Shown here: piece by piece, positions 31,859 to 41,700 of the stretch
Layout of the letters: the number at the start of each line of letters is the position of its first letter
How positions within the stretch are numbered: position 1 is the first letter of the stretch
Assembly: GCA_019058445.1 (NCBI GenBank)
Contig: JAHPZA010000003.1
Coordinates: 356,919 to 420,918 of the forward strand
Length of the DNA stretch: 64,000 bases
Direction of reading: 5' to 3'
Origin: Promethearchaeota archaeon
GTDB taxonomy: Archaea; Asgardarchaeota; Lokiarchaeia; Sigyniarchaeales; SOKP01
Notes under the pieces: generated by a model
Told to the model about the DNA's origin: nothing
Seen by the model: only the letters and a program-made list of their open reading frames with translations
Database searches by the model: none
Made by a program: the position numbers and the translations under genes

Positions 31859-32066
31859 AACTAAAATTCGCCTATTATACGTTCAATTAACTTTTCTTTA
31901 ATAATTTGTAATAAATTAAGAATTATTTTTAATGTTTTTAAAAATTCTTGTTTACCCCTATTATTCGCACTCAGATTGAAGGAAAAAAGATTAAAATTCT
32001 TATAAAATAAAATCAGAAAAAATTATGAAAATAATAAGAAATAAAAAAAATACGTTGAAAATAAAA

Positions 32067-32474
32067 TTATTCCTCTCTTGCTGCCTTCTCTAATGCTGCC
32101 AATTGTTTTTCTAAGGCTTTAATTTGTTTCCTTAGTGGTGAAATTTGAGATTTTTTATCAGTCTCAATTTGCTTGAGCTTTGATTTAAAAGCATTAGATT
32201 TATCTTTCGTTAACACTTTATGTTCTTTTGTGAGAGTTTTGACTGTTTGAGTTAACTCTTTCTTTTTAGTAGCCCATTCTGCCGCTTTTTCAATAGCTTC
32301 ATCTAACTTAGATTGCTCACTTTCTAAACTTGATTTCACTTCGGAGATTTTAGAATCATATTCATCATCAACTTCTTTTTCTGCGGAAGCATCTTTTTTG
32401 GCAGCTTCTTCTTCTATTTTTGTAATTTCATCTTCTTTTGCCGAGATTTGGCTTCTTAAGTCACTTTCAGACAT
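32067..32474 (-). CDS. Coiled-coil protein (probable start MSESDL at 32474)
   Basis: Aligns with 31280-31858 (R.QI..KE..I.K.E.EA; EY...ISE..S.L..EQ..LD). Confidence 0.7.
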   Translation of the reverse strand: MSESDLRSQISAKEDEITKIEEEAAKKDASAEKEVDDEYDSKISEVKSSLESEQSKLDEAIEKAAEWATKKKELTQTVKTLTKEHKVLTKDKSNAFKSKLKQIETDKKSQISPLRKQIKALEKQLAALEKAAREE

Positions 32475-32661
32475 CATTATCATTCTCTTTGAATTTACTT
32501 TTTTATCGTCGAAATATCTTTTCGGATAATGTGTAACTTTCATCTTCATTATTTTTAATTATTAGCTTTTTAGCTCATTCTTGGATTCTAATATAATAAG
32601 AATTTCTAAATGAAAATAAAGCCATATAAAAAATTTAAAAAAAAAATATGTTGTAAAAGAG

Positions 32662-33681
32662 TTAATAATCTAATTCTTCTCCAAGAGAGAGGCGACAAAG
32701 ATCACTTAGCAAATAATTTTTTAAACCCTTTCGTCTGGTTTTACCACCAAGAGCTTCCTTACACATTGAACAAGTGTAAACAACTACTTCAGCTCCATGG
32801 TCTATCATATCTTTAACGTTTTCAGTTTGAGATTTCCGCATTAAAGCTGTCTTGCCAAAAACTGGAAAAATTCCTCCACAACATAACGCATCTTCTCTAT
32901 CAAATTTTCTAGGTACTCTTTCAACGCCAATGAGATCGCATATTTTATCTACAAATTTATCCACTTCTGGGATAAACCTATTGGAACAACTACGTTGATA
33001 AGCCATTTTTAGGTTCAATTTTTTCAGTTCTGATTCATGGTCCTTTAAATAATTATACAAGTACTCATAAATATGAATCGGTTTGAAATCACTCGGAAGC
33101 TCTATATTATTTCGAGGGCAGTATGAAGCCCAAAATCCATAGCATTCATCATGAAAGCAAAGTAACTCTTTAATACCCTGTTTTTTCACGTTATCTATTA
33201 TAATGGGAGCTCTTTCTTTTATGATAGAATCGCGCATATAATGGTGATACACTAAATTACAAAAGAAATCGGTCCCTTTTACAAACTGTAAATTATCAAA
33301 CAACTGTCCTTGTAGATTTTCCGCATTTAGTTTTGCTAAACCACATTTATTTAAAACCGGTTTGCTTGGATCTATTGGCTTAAGGTTGACTTCATCATGT
33401 GGCGCAAAATTCTTAATTGTGGCATCAATTATTTTAGGATTAATATTAAGCGAATTAAATTTTTCTTGCAGTTCTATTTTTAAATCAAATGGATGAGAAT
33501 TATAAGGGCAATATTCGTCGCAAGCAAAACATGTTACACAATTTTTTAACACAAAAGAATCCTCACCATTTATCATTTTTTCCATTTCTATCCTTGCCGT
33601 TTCTTTATCAATATCCATCCACTGACATCTGGTCAAGCAATCTATATTTTCACATTCTGCGCAATTAGTGTTATCAAACAT
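32662..33681 (-). CDS. Fe-S oxidoreductase (CCG-domain) paralog 1
   Basis: CVTCFACDEYCP, CFHDEC, YQRSC and LCCGG motifs. Confidence 0.85.
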   Translation of the reverse strand: MFDNTNCAECENIDCLTRCQWMDIDKETARIEMEKMINGEDSFVLKNCVTCFACDEYCPYNSHPFDLKIELQEKFNSLNINPKIIDATIKNFAPHDEVNLKPIDPSKPVLNKCGLAKLNAENLQGQLFDNLQFVKGTDFFCNLVYHHYMRDSIIKERAPIIIDNVKKQGIKELLCFHDECYGFWASYCPRNNIELPSDFKPIHIYEYLYNYLKDHESELKKLNLKMAYQRSCSNRFIPEVDKFVDKICDLIGVERVPRKFDREDALCCGGIFPVFGKTALMRKSQTENVKDMIDHGAEVVVYTCSMCKEALGGKTRRKGLKNYLLSDLCRLSLGEELDY

Positions 33682-33750
33682 CTACCACATTTTCTCCAAT
33701 TGTAAGATTTTGCTTAATATATTGATTTATTACTTTATGTTTAATCATTG

Positions 33751-34779
33751 TTAATAATCTAATGTTTCTCCTAAAGCAAGTCTCGCTAAATCGCTAATAA
33801 AATAAGATTTCAAACCCTTACCGGTTACTTTTCGATCCAAGGTGTCCATACACATAGGACAATTAAAAATGCAAACTTCTGCGCCATGGTCTATCATATC
33901 TTGAACATTTTCATTTTGTGTTTTCCGAACCAGTTTTGGATGACCTCTCATTCCAAAGGGGGCAGCACAGCAAATACCATTTTCTCTATCAAATTTCCTT
34001 GCGACACGTTCTACTCCAATTAGTTCACATATATCATCGAGCATCTTATCAGTTTCGGGGACATATCTATTAGAACAATTTCGCTGATATGCTGCTTTTA
34101 AATTAAGTTTAATAATCTCAGATTCATGGTCTTTAAGATAATTATAGACATATTCGTAAATATGTACGGGTTTAAAAGGTACTTCAATGTTATTTCTTTG
34201 ACAATAGGAAGTATATAATCCATAACACTCGTCATGCCAACAAATCACTTCAGTATCTTTTAAAACTCCTGCTTTTCTAAAATTATCAAGGATAGTTGGA
34301 ACACGTTCTTTAATGATAGAAGGTTTTGCCACATGCTGGTATACTAATTGACAGAAATAATGCAATCCACCTACAGATTGCAGTTCATCAAACATTGGTC
34401 CGGTCATTTGTTTCGCATTCACTTTAGGAAATGCACATTTGTTTAAAACTGGCTTAATTGGATCAATCGGTCTTGCTTTAAATTCACCCTTAGCTGCATA
34501 CATATTAACTGAGTTCTGGGCAATTGTAGGTGAAATATTTTGAGACTGATATCTTTCCTGCAATTCATTGATCAAATCGAAAGGATGGGAATGATATGGA
34601 CAATATTCATCGCAAGCAAAGCAAAGCATGCAATCTTTTAATATGCGACAATCTTCATCCTCATTAATCAATTTGTTAATTTCTGCTCTTGCCGCTTCAA
34701 TATTTTCAAATTCAATCCATTGACATTTCATCATGCAGTCAACGCCTTCACATTCGGAACAATGAGATTTATCAAATAT
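33751..34779 (-). CDS. Fe-S oxidoreductase (CCG-domain) paralog 2; probable ATA start at 34779
   Basis: Upstream in-frame IFDKSHCSECEGVDC matches MFDKSNCANCEGIDC of paralog 3. Confidence 0.85.
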   Translation of the reverse strand: MFDKSHCSECEGVDCMMKCQWIEFENIEAARAEINKLINEDEDCRILKDCMLCFACDEYCPYHSHPFDLINELQERYQSQNISPTIAQNSVNMYAAKGEFKARPIDPIKPVLNKCAFPKVNAKQMTGPMFDELQSVGGLHYFCQLVYQHVAKPSIIKERVPTILDNFRKAGVLKDTEVICWHDECYGLYTSYCQRNNIEVPFKPVHIYEYVYNYLKDHESEIIKLNLKAAYQRNCSNRYVPETDKMLDDICELIGVERVARKFDRENGICCAAPFGMRGHPKLVRKTQNENVQDMIDHGAEVCIFNCPMCMDTLDRKVTGKGLKSYFISDLARLALGETLDY

Positions 34780-34961
34780 TTTAATACACCCTATACTTTT
34801 TTTATTATTTTTGAATAATTATTAGTTATAATTTTAATTATATGGGAGTAATTATTAATTTTGTTTTGTAATAAAAATTTGGTTCCAAATGCAACTTATT
34901 CTTTTACAAAATAGTAGAGATTTTCATTAATAGGAAATTTAAAGAAAAAAATTAAGTGGTT

Positions 34962-35984
34962 TTAATAATCCAACTTTTCACCTAAAGCAAGCCGACAAAG
35001 ATCACTAAGTAAATAATTTTTTAGACCTTTCCTCTCTACCTTTGAACCCATTGTCTCTTTACAAAAAGGACAATTATAAACGCATAATTCTGCTTCGTAT
35101 TCAATCATGTCATTAACATTTTTATTTTGGGTCTCTCTGATTAGATTTCTTTTCCCTAACAAAGCAAAGGGAGCTGTACAGCACAAAGCATTTTCTCTAT
35201 CATATTTTCTTTTAACTCTCTCAACACCTATCAATTCACAGATTTTATCAACCCATTTATCTGTTTCTGGATGAAATCGATTAGAACAACTTCTTTGATA
35301 TGCTATTTTCACATTTAGCTTTTTTATTTCTGATTCATGTTCTTTCAAATTGTTATATAAATATTCAAATAAGTGAATTGGACGAAAATTTGAAGGAAGT
35401 GTAATATTATTTCGAGAACAATAAGAAGCCCAAAATCCATAGCATTCGTCGTGAAAACAAATTAAATCTTGAACATTTTGTTTCTCGATATTATTAATTA
35501 GAATTGGTGCTCGTTCTTTTATTAAAGAATCTTTAGCTACATGAAGATACATAAGATTACAAAAAAAATCCGTTCCACTAACATATTGAAGATTTTCAAA
35601 TAATGGACCTTTCATATTCTCACCACACATTTTACTAAGAGCACATTTACTTAAAACTGGTTCATCCGATTTAATTGCTTTAAGCTTTAATTTCTCGTGA
35701 GGTTCAAACATATCAATTGTTCTTTGCACTAGTTGAGGATTTATATTATAAGAATTGAATTTTTCCTGTAATTGAACTATCAAATCAAATGGATGAGACC
35801 CATAGGGACAATATTCGTCACACGCTAAACAGGTAACACATTCATTTAAAACTCGAGATTCTTCACCGTTGATCATTTTAGTCATTTCTGCTTTAGCAGC
35901 ATCCTTGTTGTCAAATTCAATCCATTGACAACGGATCATACAGTCTATGCCTTCACAATTTGCACAATTCGATTTATCAAACAT
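34962..35984 (-). CDS. Fe-S oxidoreductase (CCG-domain) paralog 3
   Basis: Same Cys motifs as its neighbours. Confidence 0.85.
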   Translation of the reverse strand: MFDKSNCANCEGIDCMIRCQWIEFDNKDAAKAEMTKMINGEESRVLNECVTCLACDEYCPYGSHPFDLIVQLQEKFNSYNINPQLVQRTIDMFEPHEKLKLKAIKSDEPVLSKCALSKMCGENMKGPLFENLQYVSGTDFFCNLMYLHVAKDSLIKERAPILINNIEKQNVQDLICFHDECYGFWASYCSRNNITLPSNFRPIHLFEYLYNNLKEHESEIKKLNVKIAYQRSCSNRFHPETDKWVDKICELIGVERVKRKYDRENALCCTAPFALLGKRNLIRETQNKNVNDMIEYEAELCVYNCPFCKETMGSKVERKGLKNYLLSDLCRLALGEKLDY

Positions 35985-36108
35985 GTTTAATAGTACTTTT
36001 TATAATTAATTTTGAATAATTATTATCTATATTTATTATTACATCTTACTTGATAAAAAGGTTTAATTTCAAATTTCTTTTCTTTTATCTAAAAGTTCGT
36101 AATTTCCT

Positions 36109-36624
36109 TCATTCTTTTACGACAAATTCCCATGCGCAGTAATAATCGTCCGGGTGTGAGTCTGGCGGGCAACATATACAGTTGGTTTCTATTCGAGGAT
36201 CGATAGTTGTTGCAAAATCGCCGTATTCAACTAATCCAACACCTTTACATGGAAAATCAGGCAACCCCCTACTTTTTCTGGCATATTGTACTCGGCAATT
36301 ATTCATCCGAAAAATGCAGCGATTCTCAGATATTTCGACAATTTCTTGTTCATTTATATTAGCATAAACTCTGAATTTTAATGCGCTGATTAATGCGGGA
36401 ATTCCCCCATTATCGGGAAGTTTGAATCTCTGTTTTATTCTTTTAGCTTCTATTACAGTAAATCGTTTCCATTGCTTAATATCAATATCGATAGCTTTTT
36501 CTATACCGAATTCTTTCTCAACAACTTGAAACCAAGTACCATCAATAGCAAGCCAATTCTTAGAGATATCTTCGATATAGTTGATTAGTTCGTCCTTTGA
36601 GAGATTTAAAAGTTCCTCGTTCAT
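36109..36624 (-). CDS. DUF6125-like (V4R/ATC-hydrolase-like) protein
   Basis: WLAIDGTWF, CRVQYAR, FPCK and CICCPPD.HP...C.W motifs. Confidence 0.7.
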   Translation of the reverse strand: MNEELLNLSKDELINYIEDISKNWLAIDGTWFQVVEKEFGIEKAIDIDIKQWKRFTVIEAKRIKQRFKLPDNGGIPALISALKFRVYANINEQEIVEISENRCIFRMNNCRVQYARKSRGLPDFPCKGVGLVEYGDFATTIDPRIETNCICCPPDSHPDDYYCAWEFVVKE

Positions 36625-36687
36625 AACAACTCAATTTTAAAAAGTCAATAATCCGTGATTTGGATAAAGAGAAATAATTTATATAGT

Positions 36688-38421
36688 TTATTTCCAAGTA
36701 TTTTTCTTACTTTCAGATTCATTCCACAATTTTCTAAGCATATATGCTGCCATTTTTGGCCTACGATCTCTCGTAAATACGCCTTTATAATTATAGGCTC
36801 CTACTCTATGGATACCTTGAGGAGTTTTGAAATCACACATGTTCCATATATGTTGCCCAATGACATAGGGCTTACTATTTATAACTTCGATGTATTTTTT
36901 CAAAAACTCTACTTGATACTCTTCGCTGAACATTTCGGGCGGTTGGGAATGCCATCCTGGAATAGTATCTGCTCCAAATTCCGCTAATATTATTGGTTTA
37001 GAATATTTTTGATAAAATTTATCAATCTCTTTTGACAAATCTTCACATCCTTCATCAATCAGTCCTGGTCCAATATACCACGCATAGTAACGATTCATAC
37101 ATACTATGTCTAAAAATTCAAAGGCTCTATCTCTTACAGCTTGCATATTAATTATGGTAACCAGTCTTGTTGGATCAATTTCCTTACTTAAATCATATAA
37201 CTCCCTGAAAAAATCTTTAGATTTTGTGCTAGAATGAGGTTCATTTGCTAAACTCCACACGATTACGCTTGGATGGTTCTTGTCGCGAGCAATAAGCTCT
37301 CTTGTATATTGTTTACAAAGCTCTAGATGGCGTTCAATATGGCGCTTGTGAAACGTTAGCCCAACTGCCGGAGTTTCATCTATAACCAAAAAGCCGAGTT
37401 GGTCTGCAAGATCCATCATCTGTTCGGAATAAGGATAATGGGAAGTGCGAAAGGAATTGGCCCCAATCCATTTCATTAATGAATAATCTTTAATAATAAC
37501 TGCTGGATTATATCCCCTTCCTGTTATAGGAAAGTCAATATGTTTGGCAAATCCAATTAATTCGATTGTGTTACCATTTAGGAGCAATTGATCTCCGGAA
37601 ACTTCAATCGTTCTTATTCCTATTCTTAGTTGATATGAATCGAAGATAGAATCATTTTTTAAGAGCTCGACTGTGAGATCGTATAGATTAGGATGGTCGG
37701 GATCCCATAGTGCAGCATTTGGTACTTCGATTATAAGTTCTGCCGTTTTATCTTCTATTATTGCTGTTTTTGATAAATCTATTCCATGACCTTTTAGATT
37801 AATATTCGCTGTTAAGGAACTTTTTTCAGCACATTCGAGAATTATCTGGACTTTTCCCATATCACCTTCAATGGAAGTGCGAACAGTGATATCTTCGATG
37901 CCATCATTTGGAATTGAATAGAGTAAGACTGGACGATGAATACCACAATAGGGAAAAAAATCAAAATTAGTTGCTGGATAAAACATAGGACGCCCTCCGG
38001 GGGGAACTCGATCATCGGCTAAATTACCATCTACTCTTACGATTAAATGATTATTTTGAGCTTTTAGTTTAGAAGTAACGTTAAACTCGAAGGGAATATG
38101 TCCTCCCTCATGTTGTCCAAGTTGATCCCCGTTCAGCCAAACCTCTGCTATATAGTTCACAGAGCCAAATCGTAGAGTTACTTTTTGATCCGTCCAACCC
38201 CATGGAAGATCGAAATACGTTTGATACCATGCGGGACCTAAAAAATCTCGATTATCGGCAAATTGGTCGTTCCAGCTTGCCGGTACGGCAATTGGCTGGC
38301 TTTTATCAAATCCAGACTGCCAATTCTCTTTCAATCCTTCGTTATTAGTATCAAAACGGAAATCCCAAAAGCCAGATAAATCAATATATTGACGATACTT
38401 ATTTCTTTGTGGATAAAGCAT
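36688..38421 (-). CDS. uidA: Beta-glucuronidase (GH2)
   Basis: DFFPYCGIHRPV, NSFRTSHYPY, WSLANEP, EFGAD and NYKG (NxKG) motifs. Confidence 0.92.
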   Translation of the reverse strand: MLYPQRNKYRQYIDLSGFWDFRFDTNNEGLKENWQSGFDKSQPIAVPASWNDQFADNRDFLGPAWYQTYFDLPWGWTDQKVTLRFGSVNYIAEVWLNGDQLGQHEGGHIPFEFNVTSKLKAQNNHLIVRVDGNLADDRVPPGGRPMFYPATNFDFFPYCGIHRPVLLYSIPNDGIEDITVRTSIEGDMGKVQIILECAEKSSLTANINLKGHGIDLSKTAIIEDKTAELIIEVPNAALWDPDHPNLYDLTVELLKNDSIFDSYQLRIGIRTIEVSGDQLLLNGNTIELIGFAKHIDFPITGRGYNPAVIIKDYSLMKWIGANSFRTSHYPYSEQMMDLADQLGFLVIDETPAVGLTFHKRHIERHLELCKQYTRELIARDKNHPSVIVWSLANEPHSSTKSKDFFRELYDLSKEIDPTRLVTIINMQAVRDRAFEFLDIVCMNRYYAWYIGPGLIDEGCEDLSKEIDKFYQKYSKPIILAEFGADTIPGWHSQPPEMFSEEYQVEFLKKYIEVINSKPYVIGQHIWNMCDFKTPQGIHRVGAYNYKGVFTRDRRPKMAAYMLRKLWNESESKKNTWK

Positions 38422-38575
38422 ATTCTATTCTCTTTTCGTTTTTTCTATTTCTTTTTTTATAATAAGAAATAAAGAATAATTAATAAAGATCTTAATCCTT
38501 TGAAAAGGAGTTAGTTAAAAATAAAGCTTAATTTTATCAAAATAATCACAATTTAATCCATATGATGAAATTAAA

Positions 38576-39517
38576 ATGAATATAAATGAAATTAAACAAG
38601 TTATGGTAGTTGGAGCAGGAACTATGGGTCATTCCATTGCCCAAGTGTACGCTCAATCAGGATTTGATGTAGATATAGTTGATTTAAAGCAAGAATTACT
38701 TAATAAAGCATTAAATAAAATTAGACTCAACTTAAACCTTTTAGCTGATTATCAACGCGTTCCATCTGATGAAATTGATTCTATTTTAAGTCGTATACAT
38801 CTTTCAACTAATCTTAAAGTCGCAGCTAAAAGAGCTGATTATGTTGTTGAAGTTGTTAGTGAAAACCGAGAAATAAAAAGAGAAGTTTATTCTCAGTTGG
38901 ATGAATATTGCTCAAGTAAGATAATATTCGCCAGTAATACGTCGGAATTAAATATTTTCAAATTAGTAGATATTAATAATCCCGAAAGATTAGTAATTCA
39001 GCATTGGTTTAGACCTGCTCATATAATTCCTTTAGTTGAAATAGTGGCAGGAAGAAAAACAACTCCAGAAGTAGTCGATTTATCATATAATATGCTAAAG
39101 AAACTTGGTAAAACTCCAATTATCTTAAAGAAATTCACAAATGCATTTATCGTAAATAAAATCCAGCAGGCAATGAATTCTGCTATATTCGGACTTTTAT
39201 TAAAAGGGATTGCAACACCCGAGGAAATTGATTTAGCAGTGAAAACAAGTTTCAGCTTAAGGTTGCCTGTTGTAGGCGTGGTCCAGAATTTAGATTTTGT
39301 TGGACTTGATGTCATATCTGATGTTCTTAAAAATATGGGCCTAGAGCTTTCGATAATTAAAGAAAGAGTTGATCAAGGACACTATGGTGTAAAAACTTCT
39401 AAAGGTTTATTTGATTATAGTGGGCGTAGTGAAGAGGAAATTCTTAGAAAAAAGGATGAAAAATACCTTAAAATACTCAAGTTTCTTGAAGAATTAGATA
39501 TATTTGAACCAGTATAA
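38576..39517 (+). CDS. 3-hydroxyacyl-CoA dehydrogenase family protein
   Basis: VVGAGTMGHSIA, ASNTS and HWF.PAHIIPLVE motifs. Confidence 0.88.
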   Translation: MNINEIKQVMVVGAGTMGHSIAQVYAQSGFDVDIVDLKQELLNKALNKIRLNLNLLADYQRVPSDEIDSILSRIHLSTNLKVAAKRADYVVEVVSENREIKREVYSQLDEYCSSKIIFASNTSELNIFKLVDINNPERLVIQHWFRPAHIIPLVEIVAGRKTTPEVVDLSYNMLKKLGKTPIILKKFTNAFIVNKIQQAMNSAIFGLLLKGIATPEEIDLAVKTSFSLRLPVVGVVQNLDFVGLDVISDVLKNMGLELSIIKERVDQGHYGVKTSKGLFDYSGRSEEEILRKKDEKYLKILKFLEELDIFEPV

Positions 39518-39681
39518 ATATGGAAGAGGGCAAACGCTTTAAGTTTTTTAATACTCATAAAAGAAACAATAATCAAATTAGATCCTCACAATAAAAAGAG
39601 ATAATTTACAATAATTTTTATTTAAAAATATCTAATTTTAATTAAAAGAAATCAAATTAAGAATTAAGAGGTTATTAAAAA

Positions 39682-40642
39682 TTGAAACCAAATTTACTTA
39701 CAGATAAGAGTGTTATTATAACAGCTGCAATTACTGGGGGAGCCCATGGGAAAAAAGTTTAGATTTTTTTGAATTTTACCAAAATGGACAAATCCCAATT
39801 TACCTATAACTCCAGAAGAACAAGCGCAAGATGCTCTAGAGTGCTATGAAGCAGGTGCAACTGTATGCCATATCCATGTTCGAGGCGAAGATGGATGGGC
39901 AACACCCGATCTAAAATATTATAACAAAACTGTGAAATTAATTAAAGAAAAATGCCCAATTATTACTCAAATTGGTAATGGAATCGGAGTTCGGCTCGAA
40001 CAAGGAGTTAAAGTAAGTAAAACAGGTAAAAGATATGGTCAAGCTTTTAGATTCGCTACATTGGATCAAAGACTTAATTTATTGAATATTGATCCTCAAC
40101 CGGACATGTTTACTATAAATGCTGGTACATTTGAATTTAGAACGGTTACTAGAGGTATGAAAACGGCATTTATTTTCGATAATCCCCTCGATTTTAATCA
40201 AAAGTATATCAAACAATGTAAAAAACTGGGAGCTGGGATAGAAATTGAAGCGTATGATACAGCTCATATCGCTAATATCATGGATTTAGTCGATATGGGT
40301 GTATTTGATCAGGACGAAAAACTTCATTTCAGTCTGGTTCTAGGCATTCAAGGGGGCGCACCGGCCACGGTTAATAATTTAATTCATATGGTAGATTTAC
40401 TCCCCGAAGGATCCACTTGGCAAGTAGTAACTATTAGCAAATTTCATCTTAGAACGACAGTAATAGCGATGTGCATGGGTGGCAATATCAGAACGGGTCT
40501 CGAAGACACAATTTATTATCAAAAAGGTGAACCTGTAAAAAGTAATGCTCAACTGGTAAAACGGATGGCAAGAATTGCCCGTGAACTTGGTAGAGAACCT
40601 GCAAATATTGATGAAGCAAAAGAATTATTAGAATTAAAATAA
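39682..40642 (+). CDS. kce: Beta-keto acid cleavage enzyme (Kce/DUF849); join(39682..39752,39784..40642), 309 aa after splicing
   Basis: Exon 1 MKPNLLTDKSVIITAAITGGAHG; exon 2 (K)WTNPNLPITPEEQA...CHIHVR...RTGLED; SD GAGG before TTG. Confidence 0.85.
39753..39783 (+). other. Bulge-helix-bulge (archaeal splicing-endonuclease type) intron in a protein-coding gene
   Basis: CCA-UGGG-AA^A-[AAAGUUUAGA UUUU UUUGAAUUUU]-ACCA-AA^A-UGG; removing 31 nt restores the frame. Confidence 0.8.
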
Positions 40643-40677
40643 CCTTTTTTTTTATTCTTTATTTATTTAATTTGTTC

Positions 40678-41262
40678 TTAATCAAAACTTAAAGATAACA
40701 ATTTTTCTAATGTTAGCGATAATCCCATTTCATCAACTTTTTTTTTTAAGAATTCAAGATTAATATTCTTCTTATTAGCATGATATAAAGTCAAAAAATC
40801 AATTATATCTTGATATTCAAACAACTCAGAATCTGGAATATCATTGATTATACCCAGAAATATGATTTTTCCAAGTAAGACATATTCTAAGGGAGCCATA
40901 TACAAGCTAAAACCAAAAATCTTATTTAAGACAGCATTGTTTAAGACATCTTTCTCTCTTTTTCTATCTGCAACCTTTATATCTAACCTCATATATCCTT
41001 TTTTATCGAAAACAGATATATTTGTTTTTTCTTGATAACCCTTATTAAATTGTTCTTCCATTACATCGAAATCATAAGCCTTTAATAAGCCTATAAATTG
41101 AGTAATTTTTGAAAGATCATCCTCAATTATTATATCGATATCTTGCGTTGCTCTTACATGGCCGTAATGAATAAGTGCGATTCCACCAATTATTACATAT
41201 TTAATTTTAACTGCAGAAAAAATCTTATCAAGACGAGATAAGATGTCTTCTAATTCTGCCAT
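40678..41262 (-). CDS. Nucleotidyltransferase (DUF6036/AbiEii-like)
   Basis: IIGGIAL..YG..RATQDID motif. Confidence 0.75.
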   Translation of the reverse strand: MAELEDILSRLDKIFSAVKIKYVIIGGIALIHYGHVRATQDIDIIIEDDLSKITQFIGLLKAYDFDVMEEQFNKGYQEKTNISVFDKKGYMRLDIKVADRKREKDVLNNAVLNKIFGFSLYMAPLEYVLLGKIIFLGIINDIPDSELFEYQDIIDFLTLYHANKKNINLEFLKKKVDEMGLSLTLEKLLSLSFD

Positions 41263-41546
41263 TAATCTTCACGTTTTTTTTTAAATGATTTAATTTTTTC
41301 TTTCAAAGCTAGATTTTTTTTGATTATATTCTTGATCTCTTCAGTATTGGCTTCAGGATTTCTTTTAATTATTCCATCTTCCATTAATTTGAAGGAATTA
41401 TGTATAAATTGATCAGCAATCTTTAACGGTTCTATACCACACTCTAAAATTCTTTTCGCGGATTCAATTTCTAACTTTACTTTTTCTTTTCTTATGAAGA
41501 GGAGCTCTTCTCGAGATAAATTTTTGTTTGAATTTTCAGAATTCAT
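41262..41546 (-). CDS. Small helical protein coupled to the nucleotidyltransferase (possible antitoxin)
   Basis: TAATG stop/start overlap at 41262. Confidence 0.55.
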   Translation of the reverse strand: MNSENSNKNLSREELLFIRKEKVKLEIESAKRILECGIEPLKIADQFIHNSFKLMEDGIIKRNPEANTEEIKNIIKKNLALKEKIKSFKKKRED

Positions 41547-41603
41547 TTCCTTAATTAATTTAGTATTAAATTATATATATTTGATGGTATAAATAATACA
41601 ATT

Positions 41604-41653
41604 TTTCTTCCATATTTGAATTATAATAACATTTGAGCAAATAGTCTAATTTT
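41604..41653. repeat. Degenerate direct repeat of 42817-42866 (dehydratase gene 3' end)
   Basis: 44/50 identical; minus strand reads KIRLFAQMLL* versus KIKIFAQTLL*. Confidence 0.8.
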
Positions 41654-41700
41654 GAGCAAAAAGTTTTAAATTTATTTAAATTTAAATTTCTGATATATAT

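Noticed and set aside
39932-40642. kce starting at GTG 39932, or kce as a simple frameshifted pseudogene
   Set aside because: That start omits the conserved N-terminus and HxH ligands; the 31-nt insert matches BHB geometry and restores the frame exactly, with no other lesions seen
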